Positions 1 through 13,235 of a stretch of DNA of 64,000 bases are shown one piece after another. This DNA is from Octopus bimaculoides. Lineage: Eukaryota. Position numbers and translations under genes: made by a program. The notes under the pieces were generated by a model. It ran no database searches and had not been told where the DNA came from. It was given only the letters and a program-made list of their open reading frames with translations. The first letter of the stretch is position 1. Each line of letters begins with the position of its first letter. The DNA lies in contig NC_068983.1 of the NCBI RefSeq assembly GCF_001194135.2, positions 59,602,508 to 59,666,507 of the forward strand. Direction: 5' to 3'.

Positions 1-428
1 AGGACTCTGCACCATGCCACACAAGCAGGAGAACCCAGTCATGACTGTCAGACAATTTCTACGACCACATCACCCCTAACATCTGGCCACCTAACTCCCC
101 ATACTGCAACCTCCATATTATTATGTGTGGAATGCAGTTGAGCGAGAGACCAACAAAACTCCTTGGTAACACCAAAGATGAACTGAAAGCAAGGATTATG
201 GCAGTATTGACCAACTTAAACAAGATGACTGTCCAGAAGAGTTGCAAGAGATTCTAAAGTCATCTGGAAGCTATGGTTGAAGCCAATGGCGATTTTATTG
301 AATGAATTTACTCTTTAATATTTCAAGATATTTTAAAGTAATTTTGGCAAATATATCCGTTTAAATGAGATGTCAGTGTTATTTTCGTTTTAGCCTAATT
401 TAGACGACAGTTTATTAACTGCACCCAG
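1..428 (+). mobile_element. 3' part of a decayed Tc1/mariner DD37D (maT-like) transposon with right TIR and TA target
   Basis: Translation from nt 3 gives DSAPCHTSRRTQS*LSDNFYDHITPNIWPPNSPYCN, then after frameshifts YYVWNAVERETNK...KDELKARIMAVLTNLNKMTVQKSCKRF*SHLEAMVEANGDFIE* (stop near 305). Motif spacing fits DD37D. Ends ...TTAACTGCACCCAG followed by TA at 429-430. Confidence 0.85.
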
Positions 429-459
<31 letters not shown>

Positions 460-543
460 NNNNNNNNNNNNNNNNNNNNNNNNNNNNNNNNNNNNNNNNN
501 NNNNNNNNNNNNNNNNNNNNNNNNNNNNNNNNNNNNNNNNNNN

Positions 544-586
<43 letters not shown>

Positions 587-597
587 TATCTTTAATC

Positions 598-990
598 TTT
601 TACCTGTTTCAGCCATTAGACTGTTGCCATGCTGGGGCACCACCTTGAAGAATTTTTAATCAAATAAATCAACTGCAGTACTTGTTTTTATTTTTAATCC
701 TGGTACTAATTCTATCAAACTCCTTTGCCAAACTGCTAAGTTATGGGGAGGTAAATATACCAATGCCAGTTGTCAAGTGATAGTAAAGGACTGACACAAA
801 TAGACACACACACACATATGTATATATATAACAGGCTTCTTTCAGTTTATGTCTACCAAATTTGCACAAAAGGTTCTGGTTGACTTGAGGCTATAGTAGA
901 ATACAATACTTGCCCAAAGTGCCACACAATGGCACTGAACCCAGAACCATTTGGTTAGGAAGCAAATGTCTTACCACACAGCCACCTGCA
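598..990 (-). mobile_element. tRNA-derived CORE-type SINE (family A), near full length
   Basis: Matches the many other copies in this window: tRNA-like head, CCTTGGGCAAGTG core, central CA/TA tract, 3' end ...ATGGCTGAAACAGGTAAAAG. Confidence 0.85.
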
Positions 991-1019
991 AATTTAAATA
1001 TATGGCACGAAAGCAGTAC

Positions 1020-1245
1020 TATTTTTGGAAAATGCAGTCAATGAATTACAGCTGGTCACCTCATGAAAAATCTGGCCTATTGACCATCTGGACAATAGGT
1101 CGAAGATATCAATTATCTAATATAGCAGAAAGCAGGTCTTGTAGAAATACAATGTCCTGATGTTGGTAGAGAAATGCAGTACAGTCAACAAGTACCTTCA
1201 TCTTTTGTCATCCTGCTGAATTCCAAGTTGCCATTAATAAGCTTA
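1020..1245 (-). mobile_element. Possible highly decayed LINE apurinic-endonuclease N-terminus
   Basis: Minus-strand translation LLMATWNSAG*QKMKVLVDCTAFLYQHQDIVFLQD resembles the (I/M)ATWNV...DI..LQE start of APE domains. Contains stops. Confidence 0.3.
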
Positions 1246-2183
1246 AGTAAAGAATAAAAAAATAAAGGAAAATATATTTCCTGTAAGATGGAACCTTTCT
1301 TTTGAAATCAAAGGTCAGTCAGTCAAATATCAATGGTTATAACAATAAAATGTTAAATCATTGATAACACTGTATCACATACATTTGTAAGACATATCTT
1401 AATATAAGTGATAAAATATTGTTATAAGTATCTGGGCATTCCTCATACAATAAAAAATTAGATTATATATATAGCATATAACATAGAATACATACAGAAT
1501 CTAAAGTAGTACATATGTACATATAATCCTTAGCCTTAATCATTTTCACACAATCCAAATAAGAAAGATCTAAAATTTAGATATTAAGGTATCAATTTTT
1601 TTTTATCAATCAATCACTTGGTATGTCAGAGCCTTTTTGTCAATGGCATACTTTCATTTATGCCACTTCTTTTCATGACAATTGAATGATAATGATAAAT
1701 AAGAAGGGAAACAAGATCCTTACAATATTCAATAATAATGCAAGTTTCAATTTTGAAAAAAGTCATCAAAATCATAGTTCATTCAGTTGATATGTAAGTA
1801 GTCAGTTAATTCAACAACAAGGTGTGACCCACAGAACAGTAGCACTGGATAGTGTCATACCTCTTCAGACTATTTTTGCATGTCTGTTCAATCTGATGGT
1901 AGTCACAAGATGTGGGTATAGTAAATTCATTCTAAACAGGAGAACTGTTTCTGATGCATCTCTGTATTTGTCTTCTGGGTCGTGCAACCAAGTATGGTGT
2001 GTTTATAGTGTTATTAATTTGTATGTAGTTTTTCTTCATTGTTTTTGTGAATTGATTAGGAGGGATTTCTTAAAAATACTAACCAAATCTCCCTCAAACT
2101 TCACCTTGCTGCTTAAAATATCAATGAATTTACTGGATATATGTGTATGTGTGTGCTCATGCACATGCATGTGTGTGTGGAAT

Positions 2184-2218
<35 letters not shown>

Positions 2219-4170
2219 ATGTATATATATCTTTTCTTTCAGTTCTTTTATTTGTTTCAGTCATTAGACTGAGACAATACCTTGAAGAACATTTAGTCAA
2301 ATGAATACTTATTTTTTTTAAGCTTGGTACTTACTCTATCAGTTTCTTTTGCCAAACTGCTATGTTATAATGGTGTAAACATACCAACACTGGTTGTCAA
2401 GTGGTGGTGAGGGACAAACATGGACACAAAGACACATGTACATCTTAGAGCAGATTAAGATATATTAGTCAAAGAATCCTAGATACTCCCTCCCACCACC
2501 AGAGAAAAGCATGGGGTAGTTACAGCTAGAATGCCTTTGATCACAGTTCTGCTTGACCAGGGTTGATCTGGAATGAAACAACACAGTGTTAATATAGTGG
2601 CCTCTTTGTTTTACAAAGGATGGATGAAGAGTATTCTACAGCATAGGGTGAAGTTTAAAATAAAGTAAAACAAACCATAAACTAAATTAGTATAATTTGG
2701 ACCTTTTTCAATGAAACAGGGACACGTCGGTGAAGAAATATAACTACTATAATCCAATATAAAAGAACTATCAAGCCTCTTTTGTCATTAAATATTGGAG
2801 TTATGTCACTGAGAACTTTCTAATTTGTTTCTACAATTTTTAGCTGAAAAATTCATTAATGAATTTTCTATCAAACAATCATCACATTCATTGATATTTC
2901 TTCTGCTTTCTTTTTTAGATTTTTTTCTATGCAATTAATTCCATCGAAATTATCTAGGAAAAAAAGAACAAAAGTAAAAACCTGAAACCTAGTGAGCAAA
3001 AATGGTCATTATATTAATGAATAATGGTATTTATAGTTCAGTAGGTCAAATTATGCTTGTCAGAGTGTAAATGGAATCTAATGAAATGATGTATATTTTC
3101 TTTTTTAGGTTCATGAAAGCAAATAAATATTTTCAATAATCTTTAAACTAATATTGAACAAGTGATTGATTAAAAACCTATCAGCGCATTGTTTTCCCCA
3201 CACAGTTTATCGCCAACTAGTTCACAGTAAACTGGAATTCAAAGTAATTTTATAGCATAATCCTTTAGCTAATAATCAGAAGTAAAGGCAGTCATATGAA
3301 ATATAACAGGTTACTCAAATTAGAAGTTATTGAAAGCGGGAGAAAACTTAATTATTTCAAGCACAAGGCTTAAAGACAATTTAATTATTTTCAGTATAAA
3401 GCTACTACTTATTTTAATTGTAAATTATATTGTTCCTGTGTGTGTGTATAAGCACATACATACTTATATATATACACACACACACATACATACACACACA
3501 TCATCTTGATAAATAAAAGAATGTGTTAAAGAAGTGTAAGAGAAAAGAGAGAATATGTATGGATAGCTGAAGAGAGAGAAAGAGTGAGAAACATAGTTAA
3601 AGAGACAAAGAGAAGCTGACAATAATATATGTTGTTGTTCACAGAGAGAAGCAGAAAGAAAGAACAAACATTACTGCCAACAGAGAGAGAGAGAGAAAGA
3701 GAGAGAACAGATGCTGATGCCAATAAACAGAGGAGACACGATAATACTATCACTTGGCCAAACGATAAAGCAGTAAACATTAACACTTGACCAAATAGAC
3801 AAGAGAAGAATAACAGTTTTGTGTTTCTCTGCTACTTAATGTTTTTACGATTTGTCATAATTGTTATATCATTCTATGTTGGTTACACATTAAGGAAATT
3901 GAAGATAAAAAGAAATAAAATGGTGTTGATTTATCGTTAACTTTTTATAAATCTAAAATGCCTATATGAGCACAGGTATGTCAGTGGGATGAAGAAGCTC
4001 ACTTCACATAGTTCCAGTGTGATCTCTCTATGTGACACCTTGGACAAGTTTCTGCTACTGTAGCCATGAGTTTAACAATACTTTATGAGTGGAATTTGGT
4101 AGGCACACACTGTTCAGTAGCCTGAGATACACACACAAACACACACACGCATGCATGCATGCACACATGC

Positions 4171-4210
<40 letters not shown>

Positions 4211-6059
4211 AGGCATAGCAATACTAACCTGGTGTGTCAAGAATAGGGCAGTAATAAGAAATTGAATAATTGACAAAGGAATAAGTAATTATGTAATGAA
4301 CTTCATTACCATACAACTATTTCTGCTATAAGATGCATTGCATCTTATTACTGAAACTCAAAAGAATAAAAGTGTTTTATGTGCAAGTGTAAATTAACTA
4401 GTATGTTTAATAATGCACATTTCCTTAATTCATATATACATTCATCTGAAGTATTTGTCACATGGAATCTACTAAAACCATTTTTTGTTCGTTATTAACC
4501 TGGTCTAACTGAGACCCTTGTCCACCTTGAGCTCAGTTGGTTTATTTTAGATATAACAACATTGTGTGATTAATTCATCCCCCAAAATAACAAATTTCTT
4601 TTATCCCGCTGAAGCTGAGGAGTATTGACTTCTGTTAACTAATATTTGATTTGCAGTCATGCATTCTTTCAAGCTGTTTTGCTCAGTTATGATCTTTGTT
4701 TACAACTTGTTTGCAATTTTGGCTTAACAATGTGAATTGAATTCAATTTCTAGAAACTTCCAAATTCAGCATTTTGATTTGAATATTGTGATGACTGCCT
4801 CAAAACCTTATAAAGAGGTGTAGGCTGACATAAATCTTGGTGTCAGTTACTGAAATTCTAAACTGTTAAAGTACACAATAAAGTAAATGAGATTCTACAT
4901 CTCTACATTATTTTTCAGTCTGCTTGAAATAGCAGCCAAATCTCTCTCAAATCTTTTTCAACCATAAACAAAAGATAAAGGCACATTGGATAAAGTAGCT
5001 CTTATAGTAGCGTAGATATACTTTGCTTAAAAATGAGATGGAGTATTGATGGAGGGAAAGCTTCTGACCATAGATTATTTGACCAGTGTTGACCTGGGGC
5101 TACACAGTGACAACTAAAATATATTTGTCCATATTTTAGATCTTCTTAAGAATATTTCATGAGATTTGCTCCTGGAATTCCCTAACACTTAATGCTCATG
5201 AGTAAATTTCAAGGTTTAGTGGTATTATATTCTTTTGGTGTAAATTTCTTGATGTTTTCACATTGAAAATATTAACACTCCCAGGGAACGTACGCATTAA
5301 TATAAATGTTTTGTTTATAATCTCATGTATAGGTTCTACTACAAATATTTATTGGCTCTACAACAGTTAATCTCTCCATGCCTCAGCAACTCCTCTCTGT
5401 TATATATACATGTCTTTTTTCTCCTCTTTTCATATTCATTAACTGCATAACATTCACTATTTCATAGCAATATTTTTATGTCCTGGCAACCAAATTTTAC
5501 AATTTGTTCCAATCATTTTTTAGCATCAACCATTTGTGAATCCATTTTAATCTAGTTACTTTCCTAGTAAATTTTATATCAAACTTCCAGAATGATTTCT
5601 AGATATTTTCTTTTCTTCAACTCACTTTTCTCTGTGTTGTTTTTTTTTTACCTTATCATTAGCATTTTGAATGATTCTCAATTTTTCGACTTCTGTTGCT
5701 TTCTACTATTGAAGTTTGTATCTTGTATCTTTCCATAGATTCTCTTTTTATATAGAAACAATCAGCTGTCTTTTATGTTCTCAGTCAGAGATCCACTTAC
5801 CCTGTTCATAAACATTTTCCAATGTTGCATAAAAAAAAAAAAAAACTCCTAGATTTGATCTGATGTTTCTCAATAATAAACAAGAAAGATTTTCTTCTCA
5901 TCATTATTGGTCTCATTCAAGTAAGGCTGTCTGACTGATAGGAAACATTCACTCAATAGCTACTGGTACATAGATGTATTTTTGCCCCATTTCTTTTGAA
6001 ACACAGTTCCTTTTAAACTAAAGAATTGACTCAACTTCAGTGTATCACTGATACATATT

Positions 6060-6256
6060 ACGTGCCGCCGGAATGTAAAAAGGTACCCAGTACACTCTAT
6101 AAAGTGGTTGGCATTGAGAAGGGCATCCAACTATAGAAACTATGCCAAAACAGACAATTGGAACTTGGTGCAGCTCTCTAGCTGACAAGCTCCTGTCAAA
6201 CTGTCCAACCCATGCCAGCATGGAAAACGGATGTTAAACACTGATGATGATGATGA
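6060..6256 (+). mobile_element. Short retroposon sharing the RTE-LINE 3' tail (family C)
   Basis: GTGGTTGGCATTGAGAAGGGCATCC...CCATGCCAGCATGGAAAACGGATGTTAAAC followed by a (GAT)n tail, as in the RTE copies at 8975 and 55845. Confidence 0.8.
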
Positions 6257-6320
6257 CCTTTTTACATATATACTATATTCTACTAGAACTGCCCAATGAT
6301 ATTCAACAGAAACAACAGCA

Positions 6321-6851
6321 ATAAAAATGGATGACTATAAAAGATAACTATATAAGACAGAAGAAGATGTCATTAAGTAAAAAGAAGTAGGCTATGAGAT
6401 GGAAGGAGGTATGTGAAGATATAATAGATATTTAAGTCCTATGCTGATGTGTCAACTGTCGAACAATTTACTGTAGAATGCAGTGAGGTTATTTTGCCAT
6501 TTGTTTAGAATAGAAAAATAATGCCACCATTAGCTAATCAGAAAGCTGGGAAAGAGAGGTTATACGAATGCCAACTAAATTGTGCACCTCTGGGCACTGA
6601 TTTCTCTACTTAATATTTTTGTCACAAAAATTTTGTTGAAATACACTGTTTGTTTCAATTTCAAAAATAATGAAGAATTTAGTAAAATCACTATCAACAG
6701 TTGACTCATCTGCATGGAGCTTAAATATCTACTATGTCTTAGCATTCTCTACACTTAATGATATCCTCTACTGTCTTATATAGTCACCTTTTATGGTCAT
6801 CCATTATTATCACTGCTACTTTTGTAGTGGAATTCAGTAAAATCACTATCA
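6321..6851. repeat. Inverted duplication (6321-6459 vs 6697-6810); the second copy is flanked by a 22-bp direct repeat (6675-6696, 6830-6851)
   Basis: Manual alignment: roughly 80% identity with one ~25-bp indel. Direct repeat GAATT(T/C)AGTAAAATCACTATCA. Confidence 0.85.
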
Positions 6852-8666
6852 TTATTATTAAGCTGATGCTTGGAACATAATTTAACATGAAATTTTGATG
6901 AAAGGTTTTAATTTAGATCGCTTAAAACAAGAGGTTTGTATCGTAGAGCCAGTAGCAGTCTTGAGTGGGTTGGCATCAATATAGTTCAACTCAACTACTG
7001 AACTATTTTTTCTTTTCTGTGTATTAAGAAAGCTATTTGCAGAATGTAGCTGAATGTAACTGAATACTTTTGCCAACACAAATTTCTTTAACATTGCGAA
7101 ATCAATATTTGTTTATCGTTTATGTAATGAGGTAAATCGAGTAATGTGTCCTGTCCAAAAACATCTTAGAAGTTTATCAGGTCAGAATTGGGGCCATTAA
7201 GTATGGACCAAGAATTCTACTTATCAGTTACTTGACTATTATGTCATTTAGACTTAATATATTTTGTCTCTGTATGGATTTTCTCAACAACGGTTTTATG
7301 GTATGACAGTAACAAGTTCATTAACTCCAACATAAAGAACTTATGAAGCAAAAAGAAAAAAAGAATTTGTCTGATCATATTTGTTCAGTTTCTTCTATAA
7401 AATCCCAATAATATTTATTTTTGTACACTAAAAGAGAAAATAGGAAGAAATTGAAGTATAAAATTAATCTTTGATTATACAAGCTTCATACTGGTCAGTA
7501 TTGGTAGAGAGCCAAGTAACCTACTTGTGATGAGATTGTAATTTTGTTATATATATATTTTCAGTGATTATTCATGGCTGATTACGATTGGGACTTTCAC
7601 TAAGAATAATAATATTATTCTATTCAAAATGCTAATGTTATCTTGGCTTTGATCTATTTTCAACCTGTGATTGCCAAATTTATGAATAGATAATACAATT
7701 GAAATGATATACTAGTTGTTCTTATAAAGTTAAAAGTCCCTTGTAAAGGAAATGTGTTAGACAAAAATCAAAGCTATGTTTAGCCAATTTGAATCAGTTT
7801 AGAAAATAATAGAAATTCTAAATTAAAGTGATGTCAGATAGCGATAATTTAAATGTAAACCAATTAATGGTAGTGATGCAGAAAATGTCTGTCTAATGAA
7901 GTCAGCTTTTAAGTTTGATGTTTGCCACGGAAAAAAAAAAAAGATTTGTTTAATTTCAAGAAAAGTTTTGGTAATTAAATACTCAAAACAAAAAGAAAAT
8001 CTTTTAAAGAAGCTCTGGAAAAAGTTGGTGCAGGCAATCAAATTTTAGTTACTTAGAGAAAGGGAGAATATTGTATTGGTATGGCAAAATGGCTATAAGG
8101 TTAATGTGGTGGAATACTGACCACAAGTTCAAACCTTACAGCTACAGGCAATGTGTTGCAGCCTTAAGTAAGGCACATAATTGTGTTTTCTTCAGTTTGT
8201 CTCACCGCCATTACTGTTTCCAGTCTTACTTCATGGTTGAGTGCTTAGAGACAGGAGAGTTAACCAACTGTAAAAATAATTGCTCCAAGTACTATCATAC
8301 TCAGGAAAGTATCATAAATTCAATGTAAAACAGAGAAAGAGGTAAAAAAAAGAAGACAAATATATAGACAGAATTTTAGTGAAATACGTTTAAGACTTAG
8401 AGGTGTTTTCGTGAATGCCAAAGAATAGGTGTAAGTTGCTAGCATTTTAATGATTTGTTGAGGCGTTTTATTTCATTTATATCATTAAGGTCCTTAAGAA
8501 AGGTATGGCCACAACATCCCATTCCTCTTACATGTTTAAAGACCCCTTTGTTCATGCAAGAAGTCAATTATAAAAGCCCATGTCTTTCAGTTATTGTTTA
8601 ACATCATGTTAGCTCTGATTGAGCAGAGCTATGATGAAATCTGTTTCAGTTATGACCATCTTGTTT

Positions 8667-8743
<77 letters not shown>

Positions 8744-8796
8744 TGAGTGGACAAACGAAAGAAGGGCATTCAACAAATTTATTTCAAGTTACATGT

Positions 8797-8958
8797 ATGG
8801 ATCAAAACAGTTTAATACAGATTTGTTGGTACTCTTGCATTTCAAGCATCATGCTAGTCATCAGACATTTTGAATTCAAATTCAAAATGGCTGACAACTA
8901 GCATCATGCTTGAAACTCAAGAGTACCAATGAATTTTAATCAAACTGTTTTGATCCAT
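8797..8958. repeat. ~162-bp imperfect palindrome (arms 8797-8874 and 8881-8958)
   Basis: ATGGATCAAAACAGTTT...GGTACTCTTG..TTTCAAGCAT.ATGCTAGT...CATTTTGAA is mirrored by its reverse complement across a 6-nt loop. Confidence 0.9.
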
Positions 8959-8974
8959 GTATTTTTTTATATAT

Positions 8975-9995
8975 CTGGGCAATGTTCAGAAAGCTTCTAC
9001 CCCTACTGGTGACAAAAGGTCTCTTGCTCAGAGTGAAAGGTAGATTGTATGATGCATGTGTGGGAACTGCTATGCTTCATGGCAGTGAAACATGGGCTGT
9101 GATTGTGGAAGACATGCGTAGGCTCGAAAGAAATGAAGCTAGCATGATCTGCTGGATGTGTAATGTCAGTAAGCACACACGACAGAGTGTAAACAAACAC
9201 CCTTAGAGAAATGTTAGACATAAGAAGCATTGGATGTGGAGTGCAAGAGAGATATTTGCATTGGTATGGTCATGTACGAGGAGAGCTGTGTGAAGAAGTG
9301 CCTCACCTAAACAGTGGAAAGAATCAGGAGTAGAGGGAGACCCAGGAAGACATGGGACGAGGTGGTGAAACATGACCTTCGAACATTAAGCCTCATAGAA
9401 GCAATGACAAAAGACTCAGAGCTCTGGAGGTATGCTGTAACTGAGAAGACCCAGCAAATAAAGTGAGTTCACAGCTGTAACCTACACTAGCGTCGCAAAA
9501 GTACCTTGGATTGTAGGGTGACATGCTGTGTTTGAGGAGACCTATTGAGTCAAGTACATCAACATCAACAGCAATATCAAAATCAAATTAAATGGAAATT
9601 GTAGTTGTGAGCCCTGTGCCGGTAGCATGTAAAAAGCATCATCCGAACATGGCTGATGTCAGTGCCGCTTTGACTGGCTTCCATGCCTGTGGCATGTAAA
9701 AAGCACCATTTGAGCATGATCATTACAAGCGTCACCATACTGGCACTTGTGCCGGTGGCACGTGAACAAAACATTCAAGCAAGGTCATTGCCAGTACTGC
9801 TGGAATGACTCCTGTGCAGGTGGCACGTAAAAAACACCATTTGAGCATGGCTGTTGCCAGTACCGCCAGACTGGCCCTCGTGCCGGTGGCATGTAAAAGC
9901 ACCCACTATTCTCTCGGAGTGGTTGGCATTAGGAAGGGCATCCACCTGTAGAAACTCTGCCAGATCAGATTGGAGCCTGGTTCAACCATCTGGAG
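8975..9995 (+). mobile_element. 5'-truncated RTE-clade LINE (RT C-terminus plus 3' tail with ~68-bp tandem units)
   Basis: WAMFRKLLPLLVTKGLLLRVKGRLYDACVGTAMLHGSETWAV...RLERNEASM, later GRPRKTWDEVVKHDLR (frameshifted). 3' UTR with five TGCCGGTGGCACGTAAAAAGCACC-like units. Confidence 0.92.
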
Positions 9996-10559
9996 GGGTT
10001 TTGCCAGGGCATGCTTACATGATTTGAGGAGGATTGCTGGGAAACCATCAGGACCAGCAGTTGAGTTTGCGTCCACTTCATCTATGGCTAGTAGTATATC
10101 TTCTTTGCTAATATCGATGTATTCCATTGTAACTGCCTCACTGGTTATAGATGAGGCGGCAAAGAAGCCCACTGGTTCGTTCACTTGTCTGTGTTCCAAC
10201 AGGGTGGTAAAGACACTTTTGAACTGGTCATTCAGTACCTCACTGATCCTAGTTGGACTGTCTGTGCGGAAGAGGGGTTCTATCTTGCAGCGTACTGAGG
10301 TTGTTTCTTTCGCGTAATGAAAGAAGGCCTTTGGGTTTGACTTAACATTTTTTATAACCCAAGCATCTTTGTCTGCTTTCTCCCTCACATAGGATTGTTG
10401 CAGCCTTTTTTCAATCTCCATCAGTGTTGTTTTTAGGCAGGACCTATCACTACTTTTGGGATGTTGGTTGAGTTGATTTGCAGCCTTCGTCCATCATCTC
10501 ATGAAGATCTTCCTCTCCCTTGGAATCTTGTTCCTATTTGTTTTGGCCTTGTGCTCTGG
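9985..10559 (-). mobile_element. CR1/Jockey-type LINE ORF2 fragment (linker between endonuclease and RT)
   Basis: ORF 9906-10421 contains NPKAFFHY, LNDQFKSVFT and GPDGFPAILLKSCKHALAKPLQ, typical of the pre-RT region of CR1-like elements. Confidence 0.85.
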
Positions 10560-12899
10560 GATATATATATATATATATANNNNNNNNNNNNNNNNNNNNN
10601 NNNNNNNNNNNNNNNNNNNNNNNNNNNNNNNNNNNNNNNNNNNNNNNNNNNNNNNNNNNNNNNNNNNNNNNNNNNNNNNNNNNNNNNNNNNNNNNNNNNN
10701 NNNNNNNNNNNNNNNNNNNATATACATATATATATGATACACACACACACACACACAAACATGCACATATGTATGAATACATTGTTTTCTTCATTAATAG
10801 GTGACTGAATTATGCAATTAAAAGGAGAATTTGGTTGCTATTTCATTCCAGATAAGCTGTTATTAATGGTTCCTTTGTATGTCTCTCAGGAGTATGATAC
10901 TGTTGCATAATTAACAAACTAATTAAAACCTTTTATTTTCTTCAGAAAATAACATTGGCTGATAGACACACACACATGCACACACACATATAGCATGTTC
11001 TGGTGACAATACCTGAACTGAAAGTTACAACCAGCTTACCTGTATTCAATTCTGCTCACCCAAACACTTCTAAATATTAAACTTCTTTCACTTGAATTCT
11101 ACCTAAATCACATGCACACATGCACACACGCACACACACACACACGCACACACAATGTTTATGTAGATGTGAACAATGATGCATCCTAGATGTCAACCAA
11201 CACTATATTATGAGCACTTTGTGTTGTGCTGACATCGATGACTGAATTGGAGTGAGAAGCAAACAAGGGAGCTGAATTGACAGGGTAAATTACTATTCTA
11301 TTGAATGAACAGTGATTGTAACCTTTGAATGAACTGAATTGAAAGATTAAGGGTTCTACTTGTAAAGTTATAAAAGGTGAAACTATTGTAATGCAATTAG
11401 AAAGTATTGTAAGTTTTACTTATTGGAGAGTACTGTATAAGGTTGTGCCAGCTTGCCCAAGAATATGATGAAATGCTTTTTAATTATTATTTATTTATTT
11501 ATTTATTTATCATATTGTATTTTAGGAGGGAGTTGAATGTATATACTCTTTTATAGTTCAATAGTTGGTTGCTAAAAAACTAGCTGAAGAATTTTAAAAG
11601 TCAGACTAGGAAAGTTTGTAACAGCTGGCATCTAAGATAATATAGGTAAAACTTCTTAAAGCAAATTAAGTTGTATTAAATTAATTAATCGATATCATAT
11701 TTTAGAAAGGAGATGAATTAGTATGTTGTTTTCAATAATTGATTTGTGCAATGCTAGTTCTAAAGTCTGATTACAGGAAGTTTTTAGCAATGGTTTCTAA
11801 GATAACATTGGTAAAACTTAAAACAAACTGATACAGTTTGTATCAAGTTGGTTCAAAGTGCCTTAACCTGTTTTAAGATTGTAGTTCTAATGGAAAACAT
11901 TGTCTATGTCACTGCTAAGTTTGAAAATAAGAATTTGGAAGGATATCCTAAAGTCAGAGGGAATCTTGGGTAGATTAGTATAAAAAGACTTAGCAGCTCT
12001 CCTTGGTAGTAGCTTTAAGATATTTAGCTGATCTGGTTGGCTAAGATAATCTGATACTAACTACTGAAGGATATGCTCTTGTACTTATAGTATATGAAAA
12101 TGTGTGTAACATTCCAAAAGCTAAGCTTTTCTTTGAGTACTATAGCCCTAAACATATATAATTTTTTTTATAAGACATGAGTATTACATATTACAATATG
12201 GTTCAATATGTTTGGAATTATGCAGAAATTCTAGAAAAAATATTTTATAATGGTCCTTTAAGGAGAAGACAAAGTATTATTCATCAATGTTAACTTCTAC
12301 TATTGCACTAATATGCTGTGTCTTTCTTCCCTCTGACTGTTTTACCATTACCACAATAGTTTCTGTTCTTCTGAACTGGCAACATGTTAGCTCAATACAT
12401 TAGTACATCACTGTTACCCACTCACAATTTCATCTGTCCTTCCCTAGTCCTATATTAACCAGTTTCTTTACTAAACATTCCTTCCTTGACCTTCAGCCTT
12501 CTAAATAACTTCTGCACATTTTCATTGCAAGCTTCTTAAAATGATAAAATGAATAACAATCTACTAAGCAGTTCCCTTTCTTTTATAATTATATGCATAA
12601 ACATCAATTCATGTTTAAACCTACCACATCAGACTGGCATGCAGATTTCTTTTCTCTTGTCTCTAATGTATATGCCATATTCTTCATTCTAACTTATTTA
12701 TGAAAGTTGGCATTTTTGCCATCCTGAAATTCAGTAATAATGAGACATTGGAGTAAAATGTGATCCTCTTCCCCATTAAATCCTGTTGAGCAGTCCTACT
12801 CATGACAGCATGGAAAACACTACCGAGCGCAGCTCTGTGTGCCTTGGGTATGTGCTGTGGTTTGCTGTGATGCTCTTAAAACCACAGCACATACCCATA

Positions 12900-12932
12900 T
12901 TATTACTATTATCATCATCATCATCATCATCA

Positions 12933-13017
<85 letters not shown>

Positions 13018-13020
13018 CAT
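12900..13020. repeat. (ATC)n/(ATT)n trinucleotide microsatellite
   Basis: Direct reading. Source of the poly-L, poly-I and poly-N ORFs in the track. Confidence 0.98.
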
Positions 13021-13021
13021 T

Positions 13022-13235
13022 AAGGTGATGAGCTGGCAGAATCATTAGCATGCCAGGCAAAATACTCAGCGGCATTTCATGTTTTTATGTTTTGAGCTCA
13101 AATTCTACAGAGGTTGATTTTGTCTTTCATCTTTTCAGGGTCAAGAAAATAAGTACCAGTTGAATACTAGTGTTGATGTAATCGATTTACCCCTCCCACA
13201 AAACATTGGCCTTGTGCCAATATTTGAAATCTATA
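13022..13235 (+). mobile_element. SINE family B (GAGCTGGCAGAATC head)
   Basis: Same sequence family as the minus-strand copies at 38431, 50018 and 58316. Confidence 0.82.

Noticed and set aside
3075-3115. Acceptor TTTTCTTTTTTAG followed by GTTCAT
   Set aside because: The regenerated donor is poor, there is no downstream strong donor, and all frames stop quickly.
9612-9905. Repeat-spacer appearance resembling a CRISPR array
   Set aside because: The units are degenerate, the spacers resemble each other, the array sits inside a retroposon tail repeated across the window, the DNA is eukaryotic, and there are no cas genes.
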